DNA of 64,000 nt, from assembly GCF_037042905.1 (NCBI RefSeq), contig NC_087260.1, forward strand, positions 18,600,001-18,664,000, written 5' to 3'. The notes under the pieces are model-generated. The model made no database searches. It saw only the letters and a program-made list of their open reading frames with translations, and was not told the origin of the DNA. How positions within the stretch are numbered: position 1 is the stretch's first letter; each line of letters begins with the position of its first letter. This DNA is from Lytechinus pictus. Taxonomy: Eukaryota. Shown piece by piece: positions 1 to 10,787 of the stretch. The translations under genes were made by a program, and so were the position numbers.

Positions 1-113
1 TACAATCAAACTCAACTCTGAAAATCAAACGCAACTTTATTTTCAACCAATCAAAAACTCGTATAAGTTACTTGTGGTTGATTTGTTTTAGTTCTTCTCT
101 ATGCAACGGGCCC
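1..113. mobile_element. Right end of a PIF/Harbinger-like MITE, truncated by the window edge
   Basis: Ends ATGCAACGGGCCC followed by CTG. The same terminus type (ATGCAACGGGGTC|CTG) closes the MITE at 43070-43227. Confidence 0.5.
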
Positions 114-116
114 CTG

Positions 117-380
117 GGCCCGTCTTACAAAGAGTTGCGATTGATCAGATCAACTGCAACTATGGAAAGCCAGCAACGTCAACATCAACAATGCATGACT
201 GTTCAAAATATTTTCTAGATATGATTTATATTCATACATTCATGTTGGCAATCAAGTGTCCTTCCCATTTGTTTAAAAATGACATTGTGCAGATTTCCTG
301 TTGAAAAAAATATGACGTTGATGGATTTCCATATTGTTGAGGTGGATTGGATCAATCACAACTCTTTGTAAGACGGGAAC
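117..380. mobile_element. PIF/Harbinger-like MITE, copy A
   Basis: TIRs CCCGTCTTACAAAGAGTTGCGATTGATC ... GATCAATCACAACTCTTTGTAAGACGGG. Flanked by CTG and CTA. Confidence 0.8.
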
Positions 381-383
381 CTA

Positions 384-587
384 GGCCCCGTCTTACAAAG
401 AGTTACGATTGATCCAATCAGTCGTAACGCTTCTAAAGAGGAGCACAGTGAATTTTCAAGAAAACAATGAATGCATGAATATACATCATTGTTAGAAAAT
501 ATTTTGAACAAACATGCATAATTGATGTTGACGTTGCTGGCCGTTGTGATTGATCGGATCAATCGCAACTCTTTGTAAGACTGGAAC
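384..587. mobile_element. Same MITE family, copy B, inverted relative to copy A
   Basis: Same TIRs. Its interior (AGAAAATATTTTGAAC...GATGTTGACGTTGCTGGC) is the reverse complement of copy A's interior. Flanked by CTA and CTG. Confidence 0.8.
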
Positions 588-946
588 CTGGTGTCTTAAG
601 ACCTTCCGATGGAAGGTATGCTTATTAAGGTTGGATGATGCGCTGCGTTCCTTGACAGTCCATAATGGATGACAATGCAAACAAAGGGATGTTATCCCCC
701 TGAGAGGTGAAGCGATGGCATGAGGATGCGTTCAGAAGGTCAGGGCTTGTTTATATCTTATGCGATGGGGGTATCCAAGGGGTTCATGGAGTGCCCCTCC
801 CAAATCTTAATCGTAATGTGGAGGTAACTTCAATGGATCTTTTCTCATGTAGATGACCCCTATTCCCATTGAAAAGGGTGTGGCATAATGATTGCTGATT
901 GTTTCAAAATTGCTCTTATATCCATTTGTTTGAAATTGCCTTCCAG

Positions 947-1093
947 GGTCCCGTAACACAAAGGTTGGCGATTGATCGCTAATTTCAAAGAATGGTTCTG
1001 ATTGGTTCATACTCAGCAAAATGCGCATGCAACGAGGATCTTGATTGGTCATTTCATTTAGCGATTAATCGCTAACCTTTGTGTAACGGCGCC
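947..1093. mobile_element. PIF/Harbinger-like MITE with CAG TSD
   Basis: About 35-bp TIRs (GGTCCCGTAACACAAAGGTTGGCGATTGATCGCTAA and its near reverse complement). CAG at 944-946 and 1094-1096. Related copy at 59935. Confidence 0.8.
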
Positions 1094-2159
1094 CAGTAGT
1101 TTCCTTTTCATTGTCATGACGCGGAAGTACGGGCACACGGGGCATGTGCCTCCTCCCCCCCCCCCTCCTTGATGAATTTGTGTGCCTCTTCCTAATTGTA
1201 TAACCCTGCATCAGTCCCTCCTAATAGCTCCGCCCCTCTCCCTGGCCATGCTAGCAATACCCCTATTAGTAATTGTGAGGAAGGAAAGGGTTACTAGCTT
1301 ACATTCATCAACTTAGGGTATATAGAAATAAATGCCAATGTCCTTACATTTGGAGATCTGCATCGATTCATTTAACTTATCTTATGCCATTTGTCATTGA
1401 CATGGCAACTCGGGTGTAAGGTCCAAAGGTATATAGGCTATCGTATACATTGCATCAATATTATACTTAATATATTGCCACCATTTCCTACGTATAGGAT
1501 CGAGTGGGGTAAGAGTACAACCCTGACAATGTAGAAAATTCTTACGTTTGTAAATATGAAGATACATCTGAGAAATCCACGCCTGCATAGATTTGAATAA
1601 ATTCAATCAATTCTTACATTTCAAAATTAGAAAAAGGATGGACGTTTTCAAACTGCGCTCCATGAATGCTAAATAGTTCCAAACTATTTGAAAGGGATTC
1701 GCAAAATTAACTGATTATAGGACTCAAGCTTACACCCAAATAGTATTTGTCAGAATTCTGCATCACAAACCTCTGCAGAAATTAGTCTTTTGACTTAAAA
1801 ATGACATTTTTGCCTGTTAATGTGCTTGCTCACAGACCCTTTCCCATCCACCAAAGTGCAATCCAAGGACAGAGGATGCAAATAATAACCAATAATTTTT
1901 TATTTCTTTTGGTTAAAGAAAGTGTTTGCTAGATGAAAAACAGGCCATTGCCGGGCAACGCCAGTTGGCATAAAGACATTGATGACGCAAGTGAAGTGCG
2001 CCGTTGAATGCAAATAATATACAGTGGGTGACCAATGCTGTTGTAAAATTATGAATAGTTGGTATTTTAAGACGAATCGATTGCTAGTGATTTATTGACC
2101 GGTATGAATCAATAATGTTCGAATCTTCATCATGATCGTGACTAATAATGGTTTAGTTT

Positions 2160-2416
2160 ATGATGACGGTGGTGGTGACGGGGATAATAATGTTACGGTA
2201 TTAATGATGATGGTGGTTGAGGAAGGGGTGATGGTGTAAAGGTGATTATAATCAATGATGACGCCAGTGATGTTGATAGTGTGGATGATTACGATGATGA
2301 TGGTGGTGGTGATGGTGGGAGTGAAAGTGGTGGTGGTGGTCGCAGTTGTGGTGTTGAAAGTGTAATAGTGGTGATGGTGGTGATGGAAGTAGTGGTTGTA
2401 GTTATTTTGGTGTTGG

Positions 2417-2450
<34 letters not shown>

Positions 2451-2850
2451 GGTGGTGGTGATGAAGGCCTTGACAGTGGTGACAAAAATAATGCTGTGGT
2501 GTTAATGGTGATGAGAGAGGTGGCGATGGTGGTCGTGGCGATAGTGCAATGGTGATTATAATGACGCCAATGGCGTCGATGATGATGATGATAGTGGTGG
2601 TGATGATGATGATGACGACGACGATGATGGTGACGAGGATGGGGATTTGGTGGTGGGGAATTGTAGGACGGTGCTAATGATGATGGTGGGGGCGATGTTG
2701 TTAGCGAAAGTGGTGATGGTGGTGGTGGAGATAGTGTAATAGTGGTGGTAGTGGTGATGGTGGTGGCGATATGATGATGATGATGGTGGTGGTGGTGGTG
2801 GTGGCCTGATAATGCTTGTGAAATAAAATGATAATGCTGAATATAATGAT
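2160..2850. repeat. Degenerate (GGT/GAT)n trinucleotide low-complexity tract
   Basis: Directly visible. It explains the poly-His, poly-Val and poly-Pro ORFs. Confidence 0.9.
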
Positions 2851-4968
2851 AAATATTATTGTCCAGGATCGTAACTATGACGACATTATTCATGTTTTCA
2901 AGAACGTTTTCTTAACAACGAGTTAAGAAACATCTGGATTCTGATTAAGTTCTAAACATTTTGACAAAAGAGTAGGTGTAATGATATACTTTTGGCACTA
3001 ATGACCAAGGGTAGAAGCGCCAACATCAATAATGGTTTAACTGAATTCAAACATTTCAGATGATATCAACACCTGAAGCGGCGTAAGCTCAATATTCAAC
3101 GCAAGCCTACGAAATATACTCATGAAATTTCGTTTATCATCAGTCCTTTAAATTCGTCAACCTTTCAACTGAAACCATGTATTGACAACGATTGCTATCA
3201 TGATAAATGATCACTATGATGATAGCAATATCTCTCTATTCTCCGCTGTGTGTCACCTGAAATAAATTAGAGAAACTATGGTAGAACGTGTTCCCTTTTG
3301 CGAGGGCTTTGAAACCGCGTTTCTCCATTTTCGGCCACAAAAATTCATAAACAAACTGCGGATAATAAAGCACAGGAAAAAGAATTATGTTACATGCGTT
3401 TACATGCCCTATGATGATTGATAATACGAGCCCTGGTTCCTAATTATATTGACGCCTTTTTTGCAATCAATAATTCTCCCACAATGGAGACGCGTGCCGA
3501 ATTCGTATCATCCCGATGAGCTATTCATCAAATGGCATGATAGGTGGCCTTTCAGTGGTAGTTCTGTTTCATGTAGCATGGGTGGGAGAGTGTTTGTGAA
3601 GATGTGTGCTTGAGGGTGTGCGTGAGTTGAGTGTGTGGGGTGAGTTAGTGTGTGAGGATATAATTATGTCCATGTCTTGTAAACTTTTGAAAAGAGTAAT
3701 GGAGTACTTTTAGTATTGCTGCAGTTAAATGGCCAATTTACACCAAAGGTATAGTTACATTGCCACAAATACTGAAGTAATTAGTGCAGTGAGTACTCGT
3801 AAGTGTATGTGTGTGTGGGTGTGTGAGAGAGAGAGAGAGAGAGAGAGGGGGAGGGTGCGTGTGTCACAAATTACAATTAAATGGCAAAATGAATGGTATT
3901 ATCTTGTCTACAATTAAAAAAAAGAAAGATATAAATTACTGAGGGGACAAGAGGTTGACCAATTAATCCTTAATTGCAAGAGTTTCACTGCATATTTCAT
4001 ATGCCTCTCACGGTTCACTGAGTCTGCTGTACAAACCTTTCACTCGACGTGTAAAGGGTCTGAAAGCGCAGCCTACAATGACATGTGTACTAATTGAAAC
4101 ATCAAGTTTTTTATATGCGCTAGTTTTGTGTAAAGACCCGCTTGTTGATCAAAGTTTCAATCAGGTCTGTGCCTGCAGACTAGGCTTCACCTAAATAATA
4201 AGTTCTTACTTTATGTTGCACGAATAATTTTTTTTTTACAAGAATGTCTACCTAAAAAAAAACACACACAAAAGGACTCAAATATCCCCTAAGGATTGAC
4301 TCACTCTATACCGTTAGGTAAATGAGTTAATTGACATTTCACATGAAAGTCAATCTGTGAGACATACTGCTTAAGAATTTATTATATGCATTCCCGAAGT
4401 ATGTTAGGATTTTTTTCTAAATATAGTACGATGTACAAAAGGTTTGTAGGTAGTGTAGATTCACAAGCAATTTACAGGATAATTTATATTCATATATTGC
4501 ATCGATGGGGGTATAATCATCGTTTTTTTTTAATTCACAAGCATTCTACCCGAAGCTATAGGTAGCTGGGCCATTTGGAATCGCTTGATGAATACTTATC
4601 TACGGAAGATATTAACCTATAATCAACAGGACTCCACTGAATACGTTAGGATACTGTGTAAATCGTGGAGATTCTGGGTGACCATATCTACCTGGACCAA
4701 TTTGTAGTTTACAGGACATTCCGTCTATTGAAGATATGAACCAATTATGCAAAGTTACCAGAATCACCAGAACAGGTCCTAACTCTAGGTAGATAGTATA
4801 GATTCTTAATAACTGTTTAGGCTTGACTCTACATTGGGCCGGAATTTAAGAGATTGTGCCCAATTTCATAGTACAGTTTTAATTCCCATAGCGACCGGTA
4901 TATAATTCGTCATGCTTTTGCTGAGTGACACCAGATTTTAAGAAATAAAACCCTGACTGATAATCCTA

Positions 4969-5249
4969 CACTGTTAAAAAAACCGTGATTTTACAGAAAA
5001 AAAGAAGATTTTGCAGAAAGCAATAACAGAATCATTATGTAAATTCATAAAACAGGAATTTATCTGCAATTTGACAGAAGAGGTCTGTTTAAAAAGGGGA
5101 AAAGGGTGTTTTATTTAAGGAAATTTGTATGATTACATACACCAAATACCAATTTTCTGTAAGATTACGCAATCTGGTAAGATTACAGGTGTTCTCGAGA
5201 CTCTGCTGCAGGAACTTCTTTTATTTTAAGGATACATTTTCGAACAGCG
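4969..5249. mobile_element. CACT-ended non-autonomous DNA element (EnSpm/CACTA-like) with TA flanks
   Basis: TA|CACTGTTAAAAA ... TTTTCGAACAGCG|TA, with internal TTTACAG/CTGTAA sub-repeats. Confidence 0.6.
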
Positions 5250-5930
5250 TATGCATCATTTACTGGTTGACCTTTGACAATATTGCCATAGCGATCTATA
5301 TCAATTCAATGGTGATTTATCACTTTTCCCACTGCAAGTACCTGGGAACAATTACATCTAGTGAAAGTCGTCAAAACTACTGGAAAGAGTAAACTTGACA
5401 ATTACAGGCGTCAAACTGCTACTTCCAGAGCCCGGAGCAGCGCAAGCAGGGTAGCTCCTAAACCCGCCCACCGGATACAAGGGGTGACCTCCGGTGGCAT
5501 TGGTATGGCCTTTCAGCTTGTACTGTGATAAGGATATATGACATTGCCACTTTGTCTAATATTTAGTAAGCGACATGGAAATTTGGGCGCTAAGTGCGTA
5601 AAAGGGGAAATGTCACAGCGAGCGCCACTAACCGAAGCAAACGAAGTGTGTCACACGAAGGGAATTGGCCTTAAGAGTTTCTATTGCGGCATGTCTGGCG
5701 GGAACGGGTCCTATGACAGGGACCGAATCCGGGGGTGTTCGAATAGATGTTCATCAAATGTACTTCAATTAATCTTGTTTGTAGTTCATAATCAGTATAT
5801 TAAGACAAATATTCCTTGCTGCAATTAATCTAGATTAATGTTAATTAACTCTCGACGAAATACTCAATTAAAAAACTTTTTTGTTGGACTTTACCCTTCT
5901 TTAAAAACCGGCTAGGTTGTTCTGTGATAT

Positions 5931-6242
5931 TAGGAAGTTTTCGCTCAGCTATGTACGAAGGGTTCAAGAACATAGAAAATATATTGCCAAATGCCCCCAT
6001 GACGAAAAAACTACCAAGAAGTCTTTGTCGACAGTTGGTGAATTAAAACAGCAGTTTCGTCCTTGACTCTTGACAAACGAGAAATATGCAGTTCTTCGTC
6101 CGCTCCGAGACTTAGGACGATACTGCTGTTCCCGTTCACCAACTTTCGACAAAGTCCTCCCAGCTGATCTTTATCATTTGACGGGCATTTTCAATACATG
6201 ATATTCATATTCTTGAACCCTCCATACGTCGCGGAAGAAAAT
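5931..6242. mobile_element. Decayed TIR element, same family as 8795-9234
   Basis: Starts ATTAGGAAGTTTTCGC. Has inverted arms GAAGGGTTCAAGAA / TTCTTGAACCCTC. Shares TTGGTGAAT..AAAACAGC, CGTCCT.GACTCT.GACAAAC and CCTCCCAGCTG blocks with 9010-9190. Confidence 0.7.
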
Positions 6243-7769
6243 GTATGACAAGCACGTCCTTACTTGAAAAAAAAGAAAGGAAAGAACCACAAGAGGCAGA
6301 TGCGTGGCGGGATCTCCTTGAGCCCCTCAGCAAAGAAATGGTAGACACTGCTACCTCAGGACTTTGGGAGACCAACATATAATGTGTCCTATTTAGTAAG
6401 TAGGCCTATATGCCCGATTCGAATTCAGTAATCACCATGAGCTAGTTTACTGGTCTACATAAAATGTAGTTCTGGAGGTAAAGTGTGGATGTGTTTCGAT
6501 GACTTAAGGGTACAACATAGCCTCCAAGTTTTAATTTTACCTTGACCGTGCTTAAAAGGACATGTTGATGACTATCTTCTGTTATTGAACTACAATTATA
6601 AACTGAAATATAAACTTTGATTTAAACGGATCCGAAAAGCAGGAATGTATCAATAATATTTTGTAAGCACTGCATCTGACTGACATTATTCCATTAGGAA
6701 TTACACCTTCTATTATCAGAGTGACCACCTACGTGACCTAGTAAAAGATGGAGGATCACGAAGTTCAGTTCATAACAAGTACGAAGGGCAAAGGGTTACA
6801 CTGGAAGTGTGTCAGTGTGGGTTCACGATTACTATACAAATCAAACATCCAATACTGACAAATAGGACAGATGGATAGTGTAATGATGATGATTGTACTA
6901 CGCGGACAACTTCCCTATGGGGTGTAGGAAAAGAGACCGGCCGTCGATAACTCTTCACTGACTCGTCGCCAGCACCCATCACCTCCCGCGTCCAGTTCGC
7001 GCCAACCTTCCCGCGGCACAAACAAGCTGATCGATACTCAATCGATAGCATGCTGGCCATTTACGCCTGCGAAAATTATGCAGTCACATTTGCATGGCTA
7101 TATAGCCGTATGGAAGTTGGCAACATTTTAGCGTTATGATGACGGCCCGAAGGGTGTTTTGATGTTCTAAAGTGCTTCAACCCCCCCCCCCCCCCTGACC
7201 CTCTCCCTCGCTTCATCATGTTCAAAGTGCTATCAACCCGCCTGAGGGGGATAGATGTTAGGAATAATCCGTATATTAACCTTATTCATTTTGTTTGGAG
7301 TCTAGCTTTTGCATCGCGACGGATTTCATTACCTTTGCATAAAGACGTGGTAATTACTATAATTACTAAATACGTATAATATAATGTCAATTTCAAGTCG
7401 CAACTTAGTCCAGTGTAGTAATAAACTAGTGAACATTATCATTCCGATGACAGAGGTTACGGCCCAAACTTTTTATTTGGATACTTTTTTATTATTATTA
7501 TTAAACACAGTCCTTCCGCATCTCTTTAATTGTCAAGAGTATAGTTTGGTATATTTTCTTTTGCGATGATTTTCTGCAATTCCTTTTAAAAGCGAACTGT
7601 TAGACTCTAATTCAAAAGTACACAATGTTCTGCATTGGTTTATTGGGAGTACACTATGGGTTGGAGTTTTAATCAATGTTATCAGGTTACTCCAAAACGC
7701 CTGGCGGTTTTGTTTTAATTACGGCACCTTCCTTTTCCGAATGCTGTTCTTTCTTGCGTTCATCGTATA

Positions 7770-8588
7770 CAGTGCGTCCCAGAAAAAACGAAACCGAGAT
7801 TTGGAGATGATTTATCATAACTTAATCATAAATACAATAGACAAATGACCTACCAATGTAAAGCTTAGAATCTCTTCTTTCATCTGATATTACTTAGATT
7901 ATTCCTCATTCACGCATGAGTGAGCAAAAACAATTCGAAGAAAGGATGCCAAAAACTTATTTGGCGGGGGGTATCTGAATTTCAAAAAGAAAATCACATG
8001 ACTAAAAAGTTCAATATCTGCTCTTTTGTTTGATACCTTAATCACAGAAAATGGTCAAGAAGTAAAAAAGTTATGATCCCTCGAAACAATGCTTGTATTT
8101 CAATAATTTCATTAAATAAACGTGTTTTCACTGGTTTCCCACAGAAATAAACTCACGGTAACAAAAGACTTAATGCATGGCTGATCGTCAACAAAACGGA
8201 GTGTCGAGTGAGTTTGAACGCTAGCCTGTAAAACCTCTTCATTTTATGAAATTATTGAAATTCAAGCCTTATTTCAAATAACCAGAACTTTGTGATTTCT
8301 TGACCATTTTCTGTAATTGAGGTATCAAATTAAAGAGCAGATATTGAACTTTTTAAAAATGTGGTTTTCTTTTTAAAACCCAGATACGGCCCGCCAAGTG
8401 ACTTTTTGGTATCCCCTTTTCAAATTGTTTTTGCTCACTCATGCGTGAATGAGAAAGAATCTAAGTAATTTCAGATGAAAGAGGAAATTCTAAGCTTAAA
8501 AATGGTAGGTCATTTGTCTATTGTATTTGTGATTAAGACATGATAAATCATCGATAAATCTCGGTTTCGTTTTTTGTGGGACGCACTG
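7770..8588. mobile_element. Tc1/mariner-type MITE with long (~345 bp) inverted arms and TA TSD
   Basis: TA|CAGTGCGTCCCAGAAAAAACGAAACCGAGATTT ... AAATCTCGGTTTCGTTTTTTGTGGGACGCACTG|TA. The arms align over about 7770-8118 versus 8240-8588. Confidence 0.92.
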
Positions 8589-8794
8589 TACATGTATACA
8601 GGTAACAGATGTACGGCTAAGATATAGAGTCAAGTACTGAGGATCATAAATGTAAATTTTCATTCGGATTAACTAGCAAACGATTTCATGGTGCTTCTCG
8701 GATATATATAGGATGTTTGAGCCGTCAATAAATAATGAATGCCCATCTGTTAATGTTCGTGTCAGCAGCCTCGTTTGTTCAACCTCTCTTATTA

Positions 8795-9234
8795 GGGAGT
8801 TTTCGCATTTGAAACGGGAACGTATCCAAGAACATAGTAAATGCATTTTCGAACTAAGTTTCGGAGCTGACGAAAAATTGCAAATATGATGTTTTTCAGA
8901 GTGCAGGACAAAACAGCTGTTTGAATTCACCAATTTTCGGCAAAGACTTTATTAATATTGTCAATTTTCAAATGCCCTTAATGACAAAGAGCAACAAATA
9001 AGACAGTCTTCGTCCAAAATTGGTGAATCAAAACAGCATTTTCGTCCTGGACTCTGGACAAACAATATAATTTATTTCAAAATTTTCATGGGCTCCAAAA
9101 CTTGATACGAACTGCGCGTTCGGTTCACTAATTTTCGACAAATACCTCCCAGCTGTTCTTTGTCATTCGACGGTCATTTTCAATACATTTAATGCGTTCT
9201 AGAATTCGTTTTGCGTGGCTGTGCGACAGCTCAC
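8795..9234. mobile_element. Non-autonomous TIR element, superfamily uncertain
   Basis: ATTA|GGGAGTTTTCGCA ... TGCGACAGCTCAC|TAAT, with internal inverted sub-repeats. Second copy at 5931. Confidence 0.75.
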
Positions 9235-9826
9235 TAATGTTCTTGTCGGTAGCAGACTCGTTTGTTCAACCCCTCTCATTATGATCTCTTAATCCTCAGG
9301 TGTATATCCGTTCTACTAATCCACACCCTCTTTTTATCCTGCCCTCGCTTGCCAATCCGTAAATCCTCTCTTCTTTTTTGTTTTCAATTTATTTTCTTCT
9401 TCATATCTCCCATAGAGATTACAGGTGTAACTTCAAATTTCATCCAATTACAGTAGATTAATATAGAAAATTCGATAAATCTTTATCTACTCGGAAACAG
9501 AATCGAATGTACGATACCGTCTACCCGACTATCATTCAATATCAAATAATGTGGTAGGGACCTTGCCCTAGTTTTCTCATGCACAATTTATTTCAAATAT
9601 ACCCCTAAACAGGGGATAGGTGCGCCCCCCTCCCTTTTCACAATCGTCAGTTTATGAAGGAAGAAAAGTATGTTAAAAAGACGTTTGAGTCGTGGAAATA
9701 CCCCCCCCCCCCCCCATTCAATTGAGAAGAGAATACATACTTCTGCTTTGAGTCGTCTTGTCCCACCCCACTCAAAAAAAAATTCTGGCGTCTCCTCTGC
9801 CAACACACACAAATAATGTATATATG

Positions 9827-10020
9827 CACTCTTAAAATGTTGGGCAACATACTGTCCATTTAATAATTAGTCAAAATAAATCCACCTCTGGGTGGTATTC
9901 AACCAATACTGTAAAGTTTTCACCCAAAGCCCACATTATTGGTTTTAAACTAGCCAGAATTGTATAAAGTTATAGCCTATTGTTGTGTGGACAGTATGTT
10001 TCCCAACGTTTTGAAGAGTG
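9827..10020. mobile_element. CACT-ended MITE with 2-bp TG TSD
   Basis: TG|CACTCTTAAAATGTTGGGCAACATACTGTCCA ... TGGACAGTATGTTTCCCAACGTTTTGAAGAGTG|TG. Confidence 0.85.
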
Positions 10021-10545
10021 TGCTCTCCCTCTTCCTCTCCTTTTTTCTCTTCCCTTCCTCCATCCATCCGTCTCTACCTCCTCCCTCATCCCTACTCTTT
10101 TTTGTTCCTTCCCTTCAACTCCATCCATCCATTATACATTTGTCTGACTCCCCTTCTTCTTCTTCTTCTTAACCTATTTCCTTTCTCAAGATCACCAACC
10201 CCCACCCTTCCCCGGTAGCTGCTGCACAACCCCGGGGAGTTATTACCCAACAGACTCACTGAAGAACTGTCACGTTCCGTAAACGAACGATAGATATCTC
10301 TTTCTGGTTCACCCAGGATGACATCTATCAAATCTTCTATTCTTGGTTATCTTTTGTCTCTTTCGTTTAAATCTGAATCCCAATTGCGGTGACGATCACG
10401 CAACAGATTCGAAAGAAATTCAAACCAAATTGATGAAAGAATTATATGTATAAATCAATATTTTTGTCCAAAAGATCTTGTAAATGAATAAAGGTATGCA
10501 CATAGTATTTAGCAAAATAAGCAAGGTCGTAAGCAAGACCGTGTG

Positions 10546-10787
10546 CACTGCAAAAACTCCGGTTTTGATTTAACACCAGCCTGGAATCTATATATGCCCA
10601 CACCAGAGAGGTGTGAAACAACACCAGTGTGGTTTTGGTCTAACACCAGATAGGTGTTTATGCAACACCAATTAGTATCAAAACAGCATCGGTTTAATTC
10701 CAAAGTGGTGCTGTTTCAATAGTTCTCTGGTGTGGACATATATAGATTCCGGGCTGGTGTTAAATCAACACCGGAGTTTTTGCAATG
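10546..10787. mobile_element. CACTG-ended MITE with AACACC sub-repeats
   Basis: About 65-bp TIRs CACTGCAAAAACTCCGG ... CCGGAGTTTTTGCAATG. An inverted sister copy lies at 24447-24699. Confidence 0.85.

Noticed and set aside
2242-2893. Poly-His, poly-Pro and poly-Val ORFs
   Set aside because: Translations of a trinucleotide low-complexity tract.
6812-7075. GC-rich ORF with an acceptor-like TTTTCGCAG on the minus strand
   Set aside because: The phase-1 frame stops within 10 codons and shows no protein similarity. More likely non-coding.
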